Source: Kudoa neothunni (Eukaryota > Animalia > Cnidaria). Taken from it: a DNA stretch of 64,000 nt. Location of the stretch: positions 4,042,705-4,106,704 of the forward strand of contig OZ199838.1 in assembly GCA_964304625.1 (NCBI GenBank), read 5' to 3'. The position numbers and the translations under genes were made by a program. This document shows positions 1-13,661 of the stretch, piece by piece. The number at the start of each line of letters is the position of its first letter. Within the stretch, counting starts at the first letter, position 1. The notes under the pieces are model-generated. The model worked only from the letters and a program-made list of their open reading frames with translations. It did no database searches and was not told where the DNA came from.

Positions 1-1557
1 TCCAGTATAACAGTGCTCGTTTCATCTCTCATGTGAAGTTGAGCTTATTAAGCAATAGCGTTAATTTTGCTTTCAATCGATGATAACAGTACGATTTCAG
101 AGTTTTCAGATACATTATCGTCAGCGGATGCCATATTGTGGGGACTATTACAGATTAAAGCTCTAATGAAGACACACTTTTAATTGTAACTGTCGAACGT
201 CTTATATGATAAGTAAATAATGGTCGTAATATACTATAATTCCTTTCATTGTACATAATGGAGGTCAATGGATATAGGATCCTTGACAAAAGTGGTAAAA
301 AATGATTATTTGAGTTTTTTCAAGTTAGAATCGATGAAGATGGAATTTTATCAAATAACTACTTGTGTTTTGCCGAAATTAGGTTTTATACAACGTGTTA
401 GTTCAAATCGGATATCTAGTAGCCTCATCGTTTATCAAAAAATCATTAATGTTTATATAAATTCAAATATTATTAAGTTATATATAATAATATCTTACAA
501 ATTTAAATTGACCCAGAAAATTCAAAGTTATTGCACTACTTGGTCTAAATGTTGAAGAATTCTAGCACTCCAATAAGACCATCTAATGTGGAGCACAACA
601 TTCTAACTCTTCTAAACTTTATTACAATTTTAGAAAAAAAGAACTCTTGCTTGGAAAGCGTTAATAAGAGTTTATTAAAATAGAGATGTGCTTTACTTTT
701 CGATGGAATAAAAACTACTTTTCTGGTAAATAATACTCAAAATTGCAATATGGATAAATTAATTCTTCGAACTTTGTTTTTGAGTCTGTTCAATTCTTTT
801 AGCACAAAGATATTATAATACAGTCCTTCATTCGATGTTTGAATAGAGCATAGGAATTATACCTAGATGGAAATTTATTTTTGCGAACGACCATTCCTCC
901 ATTAAATATAAGAAAAATTAGTCAGATACTATTTGACTAATAGAAAATATTAATGTAAATTATAATTTATTTAGGTATTAACGAACGTTGAAATTTGTTG
1001 AAACCTAATTAACAAACACTTATATGATAGCATAGTGTTGGATATCACCAATATCAGAGTCTCCTTATAGAATTAAGCATTCAGAATTTAAACGCATAAT
1101 ACGCTTCTGAATAATTCCAAAATGATTCATGGTCACGATAAAGTTGTTTATCATCGCTAATAAGGACGAAAAAAATCCGAAATGTTGGCCTCAACTGGAG
1201 CATAACATTTTTAAATGTGATTATTGTCAAATTTTTTGCATGTTCTTTTTAACCTCAATCTCAATATTCCGTAAGCTTTAAGAATGAATTATTAAAATGT
1301 ATAATTGTAAATTCCCTTTGGTGAGTTTCTAATCCAGATATTTTAATTTGAAAATAAAACATTATGCTAAGTATAAAATCATCTACTCGAAGGTTTCACG
1401 TAATAAAATCAACAACGCTTATTTTTATTTTTTATGAATTTGTAATAACTCCTTACTTTTGAAACCTTGTTTTTCGATTATTTAATCTTTAGAAGAACAA
1501 GAGTACAAAAATCTAGCACGGTTTGCAACGCTGTCACAGTGTTACAGTCCACTAACG

Positions 1558-2243
1558 AAATGTTTCCCAACTCGGAGTGTGAAAAAATGTTGTTGGGCAT
1601 GAAAATATTTGAATGTTTAATGAACTGCTCTAATAGGATGGTGGGGCGCGGAAATTCCTGAGTATTGTCGTGACACGGATAATGGGGGTTAATTGGGAAG
1701 TATGATGTACTTTGATGTCAATATCGCTTATTTATAAGTGACGATTAATATCATAAAAAATACGACAAACAATGAATAATTATATTAAAATTAATAATAA
1801 TAATATTTAACGTGTCCCTCACCCAAATAGAATCAGAATAGTTTGGATATCAATCTTGTCACATTAAGGATCACATATACCCTTTTTGATTAAACCTAAT
1901 GTAATATTGATTAATTTTTTTATATATTCCATTCATTAGCTACGTATACTCGAAAGTCTTTCCTAATGAAAGTTGAATTACCACGAGTTTCCTTTGATTC
2001 TGTTTTTGACGGAATGAAGGACTAAAAATGTTAATTTTTAAACTCCATCGATAAATTGAGTTAAATCTGATAGAACACATTTAAATTCGAATGAGAAAAT
2101 AAATATATATATTAATTTCTTTCAAATTTTAATGTGATGTGGAGTTTTTTTAAAGTTATCAACACTTTTTATTTTAAAAAGTCAATACTTTTGAAAGAGG
2201 TGAGACACGGAACTTATTATAAGAAAAAGGTTGGGAAATACTA
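1558..2243. mobile_element. hAT (Charlie-like) MITE family A, copy 1
   Basis: Imperfect TIRs aaatgtttcccaac / gttgggaaatacta, with a perfect 8-bp TSD CACTAACG (1550-1557 and 2244-2251). The interior aligns by eye with 21314-21994 and more weakly with 48425-49141. Confidence 0.85.
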
Positions 2244-2423
2244 CACTAACGGTGGGCGTTAATATCATCAATCATTAGACCGTTGAAAGCATTGGGATAA
2301 CCACAAAAACACTGTAGTCTCATTAATTTAATAAAGTATATTTATGTAACAATATGCGAAAAAAATGAGCTAAGAAACGAGGCTGAAATCAAAAATAAAT
2401 ACAAAAAATTAAATATAATAGAC

Positions 2424-4283
2424 TCAAGAATATTTGTAATTCTGCCGACTGTATTGAAAGGAAAGGGGATTATAACTATTTTTTCGCATGAGCATATGCT
2501 GCTGATGCAACAGATTGTCATGCTTGTAAGCATAATGGAACTACATAACACAGTGGCAATTACACCATATGGATAGTGTTCATAAATGAGGTATACTGGT
2601 TGAAAAGATTTTACGTTTATTTGTGACATAAAATGAAAATTAGGACCAAAATTTACATTAACCTAACAAAAACAAGATAAACACTAAAAAATCGAAGCGA
2701 AATCATACTGAAGAAGCTCCAAATAACGAAATAGTTGGGAAGTACATCCCTTCGTAGATATTCTCAAAGGCCACACCCTAATCAGTAAATACTACCCTCA
2801 TAAACTTGCTAAAAAACTACTTGAGATATTCCATTTTTGAAAAACGTGATCTAAATAATAATGTTATAAAATTATAGGAAGATAGTATTATAGATATGAT
2901 AAAATACAGAGCTATTAGGTATAGGTCTTAGTTCCTAAAACTATTTCAAAGAATTCAATTAATAAAATGGTGTACCTTTTCGAGATCGTTTGTTTTGAAG
3001 AAATATTCAAAAAATGGTTTTTCTTTAAAGTTTATCAACATCTGAACGAAATTATTTATGAATAGAATTTTCAAAAAACATAACATACAGGTTGTTTGAC
3101 GGATTTCGAAAGAACATAATTCTCATCTAAAAATTGGCTCAACATTAACACTCTACAATGCAGTAGTAGCAACCAATTAGCGTTTGTGGATTCAACGGAA
3201 TATAAATAAGACAGCCTAAAATATCTCCAGGATTAAAAGTAGTGCTATAGAAAGTGTTATCAATGTGTACTATCATTCAACACAAACACCTATACGATTT
3301 TCCTATACTGTCATGGAATTTTGTTCCATATGATGTTCTAATCGAATATCCGAATTTGTCGTAGCCACAAGGATAATTATATGATGCTAAAATGTGATTT
3401 GATACAGTTATTTACTCGGCGAATAATCTAATTGTAACTAACCATAGAGTTGACTGAATCCTATTCTAGCACATGCATCTGGAGAGGACACACTAGATAT
3501 TTCGACCTAGAAGTAAAGTACATTGACAAACTCCAAATGTTCAAAAACTAAAATTCACCTCAAAATACCAAGAACCACAACTGACACCTTAAAAACAATG
3601 ACACAAACACTCACATAATAACATTACCATAGTTGGATCTTATTGCGGAATATCCTTTATTACCGGTGACATTTTGAAATTTTGGAGTATATATTAAATT
3701 TGGAGCTATTTGAAACAATTGAACGACTATTTTAACTAGTTAATAAAGTGCCTTTATCACAGGCAGACAATCCAACATAATTCTGTTTAACTAGTCGAAA
3801 CGCTTCCATAGGTAACGGTTTATTAATGTATTGATCCCAATTAAAATTTGCATAGGTTGTCGGATTAGGCTCAGCTTCTCGATAATAATATCCATCCTGT
3901 GAGCACATCAAGCTGATAAAATAAAATTTGAAATTTAACCAATATACCGTCATAAGTGGATAGTCAAAAAGATGGTCTCTACCTTTCCATTTGATATTTA
4001 AAGGATCAAAACTATTTATAGAACAATTGATTAAAAATTTGTAATAAAATAATTTTCAACAACTTCAACATGTCATCGTCAATTTTAGAATTTGCTCTAG
4101 ATCGAAGACCTCCTTTGCTTCTTTTGGAAGCCACTTTCTGGGGTTGATTATATTGAGTTGTCGGTGGAATCGCCTGGTTCTCACCTATTACCGTCTCTAA
4201 AGGAACAAAATATTTTATAACTTTAATATTTGTATTTTTTGTAGTTGGTAAAAATTACGAGGTAGTTCACCGCCATCATTCAT
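2424..4283 (-). CDS. ASH2L: ASH2L/Bre2 COMPASS core subunit (SPRY domain), ~16 exons, lacking the N-terminal PHD-winged-helix
   Basis: Manual splicing gives FDYPLMT|DGYYYREAEPNP..KPLPMEAFR..VGLSACDK|APNLIYTPKFQNVTGNKGYSAIRSNY|GVSCGSWYFE|V..DACARIGFSQLY|ASYNYPCGYDKFGYSIRTSYGTKFHDSIGKSY..GDILGCLIYIP..ITFFKNGISQ|GVAFENIYEGMYFPTISLF..|VNVNFGPNF. This matches ASH2L motifs (HDRAPQL, GEKGYSMVRA, GYDKFSYSW, GTKFHQSIGK, IFYKNG, YFPAISLY, INFGP). ATG at 4283; the last exon and stop at 2424 are less certain. Confidence 0.92.
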
Positions 4284-4331
4284 TTTTATTACTTGCGCAT
4301 GCTAAACTGAATATAGATTAATACGTTTGAT

Positions 4332-4414
4332 TATGGGTTGGTGGTGGTCGATCGGTTCGGTTTTTGGCAAAACCGAAAGCCGTTTTAGAAATAGCCGAAC
4401 CGTCTTAACCCCTA
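4332..4414. mobile_element. Tiny hAT-like MITE upstream of ASH2L
   Basis: Ends tatgggtt / aaccccta, internal repeated aaccg/cggtt motifs, and an 8-bp flank pair cgtttgat / catttgac (6/8). Confidence 0.45.
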
Positions 4415-5524
4415 CATTTGACTCTTTGAACTCGATGGCTGTCGTCTGAAATTATTACATTTATGTATCAATATTAATTATATCTATTCTTGCCGAATAT
4501 ATAGTCATAAAAAATATTAGATTAAATTTTTAAAAAAATAATAATACTAATCGAACCGGGCTCCAATATTTAATATTAAGGAATAAAACGTATATTTGAA
4601 TAAATAATTTATTTTGTGTTTTTAGCGAAGTTATAAATATAATAATCTTTATACATCTAATATACAAATGATATTCATTATTCGGAAAAAATTTTAAATC
4701 CACCATATTGAATTAACTGCATTATATAGCAGATGATTTCATTCGGTGAGTAAATTTTAAGTTTCAATTATAGTAAACTGCAAGTTTCAGATAATTTTTG
4801 AATTTAATGATAAAACTATATTTATGATATATACAGTAGGTGCCCTCGAGCAGTCATGGCACATGCGAACAAACAAAAATTTTAATGTGGGCTATTGCAA
4901 TATAGTCTCTCTTATTTATCACAGAGTTTTCATTTATGCTCAAAATTATATTAATAAAAAAAAATTTTTTTATAACTATGGTGTAAGGACTACGTGCGAT
5001 TAATCGAGTCGAACCTTGACTTTAATTGGTAGAAACAAATTATTATACAACGTGATGATAATACTAATGATATTTGTCAAGAAAAAATTAAAAAAAATAA
5101 TAAATGCAATTCACATATCTGTAACAATACTACGCGTATATTAAATAGGAGAGCGGCAGCTCTGATAAACCGCTAGTAATCTACAATGCAACAGGGTTCG
5201 TAGGTAACAGGTGTCGTACCGTACGTAATCGCCACTTTTTTTACACTAAACTGAATTTAAATTCTCTAATTCTTATTTATAATAAAGGAAATACTTTTAA
5301 CTGTCAAATATACAAAAATCAAAAACATGGCTCGTACATAATGCAGTGATTCTACCGTAATGAGACTCCATTCCCCGACTCATCACGTACGGGCCCTGTT
5401 GGGCTGTACCTCAATAATTTAATCAAACATCTCTATTTTATTTTTTAAAAAAAGATGCGCGTATTTCAAACAAAAAGAAATACATTTTTTGAAGGATAGG
5501 TTGAATAATACACAATTAGAATAA

Positions 5525-8500
5525 TTATTTCAGATTTTTACATAATTTATCCAAATCATATTGTTTGGCGTAATCTTCGCCATTAGAAAAATCAGTATGG
5601 TCGGAATAATCAATTTTAGAATGAGACCGTTTTAAAGGTTTAGCGTTCGTATCCTCATCGATTGTATTGTCATTGCAACCAATGTTAAGTGCCAAGGAAG
5701 ACGAATCAGCTCCAAATACATCAGTAATATCGCTGTTCTTCATTTGGTTGAGATCGCTGTTGGATTCGTTTATAACAGTGTTCACCATTTTCAGCTTATA
5801 ATTTTGAAGGTTGAGTATACGTTCTTCAATGGTGTCTTTTATCACAAGGCGATACACATTGACGGTTTTGGTTTGGCCGATACGGTGAGCGCGATCCATA
5901 GCCTAAGAATATATCATCTACTACCAACGGAAAAATGCAAAAAACCTGCAAATCTTTCATAGGATTCCAGTCATTATCGTAAAAAATAACCATATCAGCA
6001 CCAGTCAAATTGAGACCAAGCGAACCAACCGACGTAGTCAACAATAGCAACGAAATATCATTGTCATCGTTGAATTGTTTTGCGATAGGATAGCGATCGG
6101 CCTGACGGACAGTACCATCAAGACGAAGATATTTCACGTTGGGCATGTGTTTCTTCAATAGGTCGTTTTCAATAATATCAAGCATGGTTGTGGTTTGAGA
6201 GAAAATGAGTGCCCTATGGCCTATTGGGTCAGTTTCAGCTGTCAGTTCCAAATCTTCATCATTACCACCTAATCACAATTACACAATAATTTCAACAAAT
6301 ATAAAGTCGTTTGTTACTTTTTGAGTCATCACTATAAATGCCACACTCTTGCAGAAGTTCCATCAATGCAACGAGTTTGCTGGCCATAGAAATGTCTTGC
6401 AATGAATGATGTTGTTGATGGATAAGTGCATTGATTTTGTCATTAAGAGCGACATCATCCAAAAGTGAATCCAACGCCAAAGAGGGATGATTGCACACAC
6501 GACGTAGATAGTGTATCATTTTAAAGACGTGAGTATTTTTGTTTTGATTCTCAGCCTCGGAGAGATCTTGAAGTTGCGAGTTCAACGTATTGTTGTTGGT
6601 TTCTTTGTCAAATGGAAGTAGATCATATAACGCTTTCTGAAGAGGTGACATAACACAAAAAATTGTCTGAATGATTTTCTCGGGAAGATCATCAAGGACT
6701 GTGTGTTTGGTTCGACGTAGTACAAAAGGAAGAATCTGTCTGTGTAGGTTTCCCAACAGTTTTTGACCGAGTAAGAATGCATCAGACGTGCATTTGGGGT
6801 TGAATCCCTTCAGTATGGGTCGTGCGTAAATTCTGCTGAACACCTTGTAAGAACCCAAGAAATTGGGCATTAGAAAATCAAACAATGTCCACAACTCAGT
6901 GACATTATTTTGGATTGGAGTGCCGGTTAGAATGAGTCGATATCTCGATAGTAAAGTTTTGATGGCTAAATAAAATTTGCTATTCTTGTTTTTAATTAAA
7001 TGTGCTTCATCGAGGACAATATAATTATAGGAGTATTTTTTTAGATGATTGATATGATTTCTCACCAGTGAATAAGAAGTGATAAGTACATCGATTTTGG
7101 AGTTGGACAGTTGTCGACAGCTAGATAGCAAGTTATACTAATTTACCCCACAAAACAACGAAAAACTCACATCGTCTTTAATTGTTTGTTATCGTCAAAT
7201 TTTGCAACAGTAAGCAACTTAGCTGGCAAGAATTTCAAAAATTCCTCCATCCAATGTTGTATAAGTATAGGTGGGCAGATAATCATAGTAGTGGTGTTAT
7301 TAGTTGGTGTGTAACACGCTGAATCAGTCTCACTAGATCTCTCGCTGCAATGAGTGTATGCTATAGTGATGATAGTTTGCAAGGTTTTCCCCAAACCCAT
7401 ATCGTCACAAAGAGCTCCATTGAGGTTGTATTTTTGAAGAAATAGCAGCCAATTAATTCCATCTGTTTGGTAGGGTCTCAATGTGACGTCGGTGATCTCG
7501 AATGGTAGTTTCAAAGGCTTGCTCGAGGAAGGCATTGATAATTCCCGCATAAAGTGCAACTGATCTGATAGGATATTTCTCACTATGGGTAACTGGTGAC
7601 ATTGCTCAACTGTTAACGTGGGTTCATAATGGTCTAAAAATTCGGTACATTCTTCAACAAACAGAGGAATGTATTTCATCAGCTGTGACAGCACAAGTGA
7701 GTAGCAATAAGAAACTTGATAGTTTTCATCCATCAAATTTCTAACCACATGCACCATAAATGACAGTGCCGACAAATTAATATTATTCTCGTCCACAAGA
7801 TTCACAATGTAGAATACGAATTCGGCTAAACCATATTTTTTGTACAGCTGACTCACTTTACTATTATCTTCATTATTATCATTGTTTTTATTATAAACAT
7901 TATCAATCTTAATGCTGCTAGTGTCAACGTATTCGGAACACACATTTGCAAGAACACGCGTATGAATAAAATGAATTGCAAAGACTGGCTGCTCTTTAGA
8001 TAGAATACGTGCCATTACCGCGGCCGCGAGTGTTCTTACAGTGGTTAACGAATCACACAACAACTTGCTGCAAATATGTTCAAGAACATGCTTACATTTT
8101 GTGGGGAAAAGTTGATCAAGAGTAACGTAGAGATGTTCAAATAGCAACAAAGCATTAATTAACATATTGACATCATTATTGTTCCTACTAGAAGATTGAT
8201 TCCAATCTTTGATTATATTAAAAAGGGATTTGTTGATGCAATCAATCAACACTATTCTACCAATATCAACTGATTCCTCATTATCGATCCTGGAAGAAGA
8301 ATCACAGAAACAATTTAACAACTGGGTAGCTAATTGAATTGAATTTTTAAGGGTTATTTCTTTCATTTTTACGACACAGTCAACTTGATTTGATATTGGA
8401 AAAATATCTTGGCCATCAGGATCACCATCTTTTTTATCTCGATTTACACAACGATGGTAATAGTAGATAGCAAATATTCCGTTGTTGGTGTCTATGGTGA

Positions 8501-11500
8501 TAGCGCTATTGTTTAAATGTTCTGTATGGATTTGAAGAGAATATTGGGGTTGATTGGCCGAGGATGGAAGGTGGTTCACACAAGAGTTAACAATATAAAT
8601 GGTTATATTGTTGAAAATTTTCTCAAGTGGTGTGCAATTGCTGCTTTTGATAAATGAGATAAGCGATTCGCATGTGAATTTGAACAGATTGCAAATGTCT
8701 TCGTATTTTACACCTTCCATCAATGGAATAATGTACCAAGAGGATGTACCAGAAATAAATTCCAACTTTGAAATTTTAGACGATCGTCTCACTACTGACA
8801 CCACAAAAAGTATCAAGTACAACTGAACTCGTGAGCAGTGGACATATTTGCTCAGTTCAATTTGGTTGAGTTTGTTTAGTATAGTCATAATAGTTTCTTT
8901 GGAGATTGAAGAGTGTTTAACAATAGATGAGTTCACACCAGTAAAAAAAGAGATTGCTTGTCGTAGTGTTTTGGAGTTGTTGACTGAAGACAATGCCAAT
9001 GAAGATTGGGAGTTATGTAATAGTTGCAGAAACTTGGCGATATCTTGGTTGATATCTGATAGGAGGTGTTTGTTATCAATCAAATTAGATACAAAAAATA
9101 CATCCTGGACACCATTCAACGGCAGATAACACTCAAATATGTACCGAATTTTTTCCCATACACCCTCAAATAACTCACCGAATAACTCATCATCATCAAC
9201 AGTTGTAGCCTTATAAAGAAATGCGCTGAATACAAGTGACTGAGTATGGAAGTTTGCATCATTAGAATTAAGCCGGTAGTCAGTTAGAATTTTTGCGAGG
9301 GTTTTTGAACTTGTGATATAATTCGAACCTTTGGAATTGCTGGGATGTTTTACTAACGCGGCGGAAATAATTTTCACCACTGCTTCCAAACAAACCACAC
9401 GTTGATGAGCTATCAAATTGTACTGAGCCATGGTGGCCGGCCCATCCAATCCACCAACATAATTAGATCGTTCATAAGTATTCTGGAATACTGAGCCAAC
9501 CAACGGACACATTTTTACAATCTCATTATGACTGATATGAATTTTAGCTGGGGATGCTATCAAACTCAACAATAAAGACACAAATTGATCACAACTCAAG
9601 AATAAACTCGAATCCACACATCTAATACATTCCTCAGTACATTGATTAAACGACTGCAAACATCCATCAATTTCAACACTCGTTATTAATACATAGATCA
9701 AATAATAAATATGTCCCCAAAATAAATGTTCCAGATTTTCGGTAACGCCACTCAGACAACAATTTCTCACCGTATAACACACAATTTTAGTGCTACCATG
9801 CATAACTAAAGTTTCCATTTCGTTGGAAGGTATCAACGCATAACTGTACAAAAATTTGATAATATTGTGTGAATTTTTTGTTAGAAAATCACACGACAAG
9901 CCTTCGTTAACTGCAGATTCAATCAAACTGCTTACGTAGTGAATAAGAAGATCAATCACCTTATAAAGTGAACTGCAACTCTCATCTAACAACTCCATAT
10001 TGTCGATTATAAATGTGATGATGGTAATGGGCACAGTCGAGGATGACCAACATTGATCATCGGTCTTCGTTAAAATTGTACAGGCCTCAGCCAACACATC
10101 ATCCATAATCATACCACTATTGTTAGGGTTGGTGGTATCGTCAACTCCAAACGACCTGATAAAATATTGATAGACTAGTTCGGTTAGTTGTGTGTTTGGT
10201 GGATGTTGGCGTTTTTTGCACACCAACATAATGTATTTGGTTGCAACTAAACAACTGTGAGATGTTTGCCAACCGTGCTCAAACTCTCGATTTAATTTTA
10301 GTGTAGTGATAATAATGTGAAGTATTTTATCGATATCGTTGCTGTTCATCATATAAACCACTACTCCAAGCAACTGAGATACCGACTCTCTAACCGGGGC
10401 AACAACATTGCATGACACATAGTCACCGTATTTGTCCAACAACAACACAACCATACAATAACAACCCAACTCAGCCAACAGTGAAGCATAATTGGCGTAA
10501 GTTGTTCGTTCCACCTAAAGTTTTACGTAATTATATGGTTAGAACTAGGAATATTAAAACACACCTTTGAATACAAAATTTTTATAAAAGCTTCTAAACA
10601 TAACGCCGAACTATGGCGTTCCTATTTCATACTTCGATAAAAAAACACAATAAACTAGTAAAATATACTGTCCAAATAGATGAAACCAGATGGTCCAACA
10701 TAAACTTGTAATTTTTGACAAAATATTCCTAGTTCTAAATTACAATACTTTATAAATAACCAAAATATTACAACACATTGAAGATTAGCGTTTGAGTGGT
10801 CGAGCAATGAGTCATGCTCTTGTGAATTTATGATTGTAGTTGTGGAGTGTTGCTGGAAAAATTTATCAAGCATCAACTTTGCGTTTATCTAATTAAGCCA
10901 TACCATGATAACGATTCCTAACAGATTATATATGTATATTAAGTACCTTTTTATTGTGTTTATCTTCAGTTGAAAACGACAAATCCTCATCTTTATGTGA
11001 ATACAATGGAGTTCCATGGAAAATAACTTGTTCAGAATCGAAACTGTTCAAATCAATACACCTATCATGGCATATGTCCTCCAACAACAGCACACAATCT
11101 AAAAAAAGTCTATTAGGAAAAAATTTTGATTGAATAATATTTTCTGCAGTGAAAAATAAAAACCTACTATCTGCAGTTAGGAAAATGTCCAATAGACTTT
11201 GATAGATTTGAACAGCTGATATTCGAGTTTGCCAATTGTTGTTGAAACATGCCAAAGTCACCTAAATCATAAAAAAAAAATTAAATTTTTACTTGCACAT
11301 ACATGGCAACGTAAATAAATACCCTATCCAGTATTAGGTTGTAATAATGGCAATTGCTTGTAGTTAGGTTTATTACCTCCTTGCCACCGTATCCCCTCAT
11401 CGCTTCCGAACTTCCATTTTCCACGAATTTGATATATTTTTCTAATCTACGAGAAAAAGTATAAGAGACGGTTTGGTGACTCTATATACTTTTTCGCGCA

Positions 11501-11524
11501 TCGTAGCTCATCGTAAGCGGCCAT
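5525..11524 (-). CDS. BTAF1: BTAF1/Mot1 TBP-associated SNF2 ATPase (multi-exon)
   Basis: N-terminus [11 protein letters not shown]|[26 protein letters not shown] resembles the BTAF1 start. Also present: [78 protein letters not shown]|[10 protein letters not shown]. Introns at 11447-11489, 11262-11322, 7121-7170 and others restore the frame; small exons at 10514-10930 are not fully resolved. Confidence 0.96.
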
Positions 11525-13661
11525 TTAGTCTGTGAGGATCACCAGAACCCGGTCCTTTAAGTTTACTATTAGCGCACGCGCAAGGATGCATAGTGTTAAT
11601 TATTTGTGTCTATCACGATTAGTTTCGTACGACTATTCCAATATTTATATAAAATGAAAAGAATGAATGTATAATATTATTAAATGATGAATAAAAATTG
11701 ATAGTTTGGGAATTTAAACTAAAATAGCTATTTGACATGGAACCTACAATAGGCAAATGCCTAAATTGATTTAAGAGAAATAAAACTAAACAATGTTAAA
11801 TTCTACCTATCATAGCCGGTTTAAGTATTCAACTCTCGAATATATATTGAATGGAAGGTAGGATAAAATTTCATTACATCTGACAGCGCATGCGCCAAGA
11901 ATAATAGAGTTTTTTATTAACTCACGTATATGATATATATTATTATAAGGCAAAGGCTATCGGCATGGTAAATAATATTCAGGTGGCGCTAGTTTTAACT
12001 ATATTTAATTATTTCTAATCCCAAAGAGCAGAGTGGTGGGCCAGAAATAAGTAATTATAGCAGATTCTAAAAAATTGAATCCGTAACCAGCTTACAAGTT
12101 GGAGTTACTAAGATTAAAAATTCTTTGCCCACGAGCGGGCATGCCATTTAGGATTAAATTTTAACGCGCTAATAGTCTCTGCCATGATATAACGATGATT
12201 TTTGGTAATTATTTTTTAAGAAAGTTGTCGAAAACTACACTTGCCGAGTTGAATTTAACATGTAGATAAAAAGTTTAATCATTTCGTTCAAAAATTTTTA
12301 TCTTACTTCGTAAATTTTGTTTATTAAACTAATATTCAAATTGAAATTTATTTTATTGAGTAAATAATTAAAAAATATTTTTTATCTGTCCATTAAGATG
12401 GACAATGGGCATTTATTTTATGTGGCAGATTCGCGCATTGTTTATGGACACAAAAAACGAAGTTGAAATACTTGAAAAGCAATATAAATTCGTGCGAGTC
12501 GCAAAAAATTGTCAATTCAATACACAAATTTTTACACCAGTTTAAAACATTTCTTTGATTTCCCTGCTTAAAATTTAAAAATTAAAATTATCTGAATGAG
12601 TGAAATCTTAATATTTTTCGTTATCCAATTTTGCCTCATTATTTCGATTATTTCCATTGTTTCTATTATTTGGACAATCTGACTCATCCACTACAATAGG
12701 AAACCGATAATACGCACTTTCATCGATACGCTGTAGTCAAAGTTTATATTGGGTGAAAATTTTTATAATATTTTTGTGATTGTAAAAAGATAAAGGTTTA
12801 AAAATATTTTTAATTCAACTAGGAAATTCCCAATATGTTATATCACGTGACTAACAGATAATACGCACTTTTTCGGCCAAACCACGTAGATTAAATTGTC
12901 TTTATTGGAAATGAGGGAAAAATTTTAATACAGGCGGTTGAATCTTTGAACGAATAGAAAAAGTTTTTTGAGATATCAATCAAGAAATGATTATTTACAT
13001 GAAAATGGAATAAATTTTATTTCAAAATAATGTTAATTGTAAATTAAAGAATGTTATAGATGCGCATAATTAAAGAATTTATGGTAAAAATATTTTTTGT
13101 TATGCTAATTAAATAAAAGGTATAATACTCATGCTGAAAAACTAGGAAACACAGCCAACATAAATGCGCATGCGTGTTGTGGCGGATTATCGGATGCAAT
13201 TAGGTCTTAAAAAATTGAGGGTAAGTTACGAGGGTGATTATGTGCTGAAGTGAGGATTATCAGGGATTTGGATAGGGATTTCACGGTTCCAACGTTTTGT
13301 GGTTGTTACTACTTTTTACAAACATTTTGATAGATAATACATCTCAGTAAATTAAGTATATTAGTTTAAACCGCTTAAAACATTCGACTACGCAAAAATA
13401 TTGAAGTAGATTATAAAATATGACGTAATATTCCATTTTTTATTCAAAAACTAAGTAATAAATGTTTATTTTTAGGTTTTACACCATCGTTATATTGTTG
13501 AGACAAATAATAAATACATGCTTTGGACTTATTAACATCCATAATTGATCCAATATGAAATTCCCAAAAATCGCATATTTTGATTTGTGACGATGGCTCT
13601 ACATAAAAGTTAATTTTCATCAAAAAATAATCATCGAATATCTTTGTGCTTAGTTATTTAA

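Noticed and set aside
540-1250. Faint resemblance to a decayed Penelope-like retroelement
   Set aside because: Too degenerate to support by eye; it needs a profile search.
2342-2629. Hydrophobic 95-aa ORF suggesting a membrane protein
   Set aside because: It is read-through of an ASH2L exon into intron and an alternative frame.
2700-3560. Apparent plus-strand Penelope-like RT/GIY-YIG fragments
   Set aside because: The region is fully explained by ASH2L exons on the minus strand.
3660-3705. Suspected -1 frameshift / slippery site in ASH2L
   Set aside because: Re-reading gives CCA AAA TTT CAA AAT GTC, which is in frame; no recoding is needed.
5140-5400. Helitron-like end (agcgg..ccgctagt) and a short inverted pair cagggttcgta / tacgggccctg
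   Set aside because: No matching 5' end or TSD; could be chance or very old relics.
11949-12183. Possible small MULE-type MITE (ggcaaaggctat / atagtctctgcc)
   Set aside because: TIR is short and imperfect, and the TSD match is weak.
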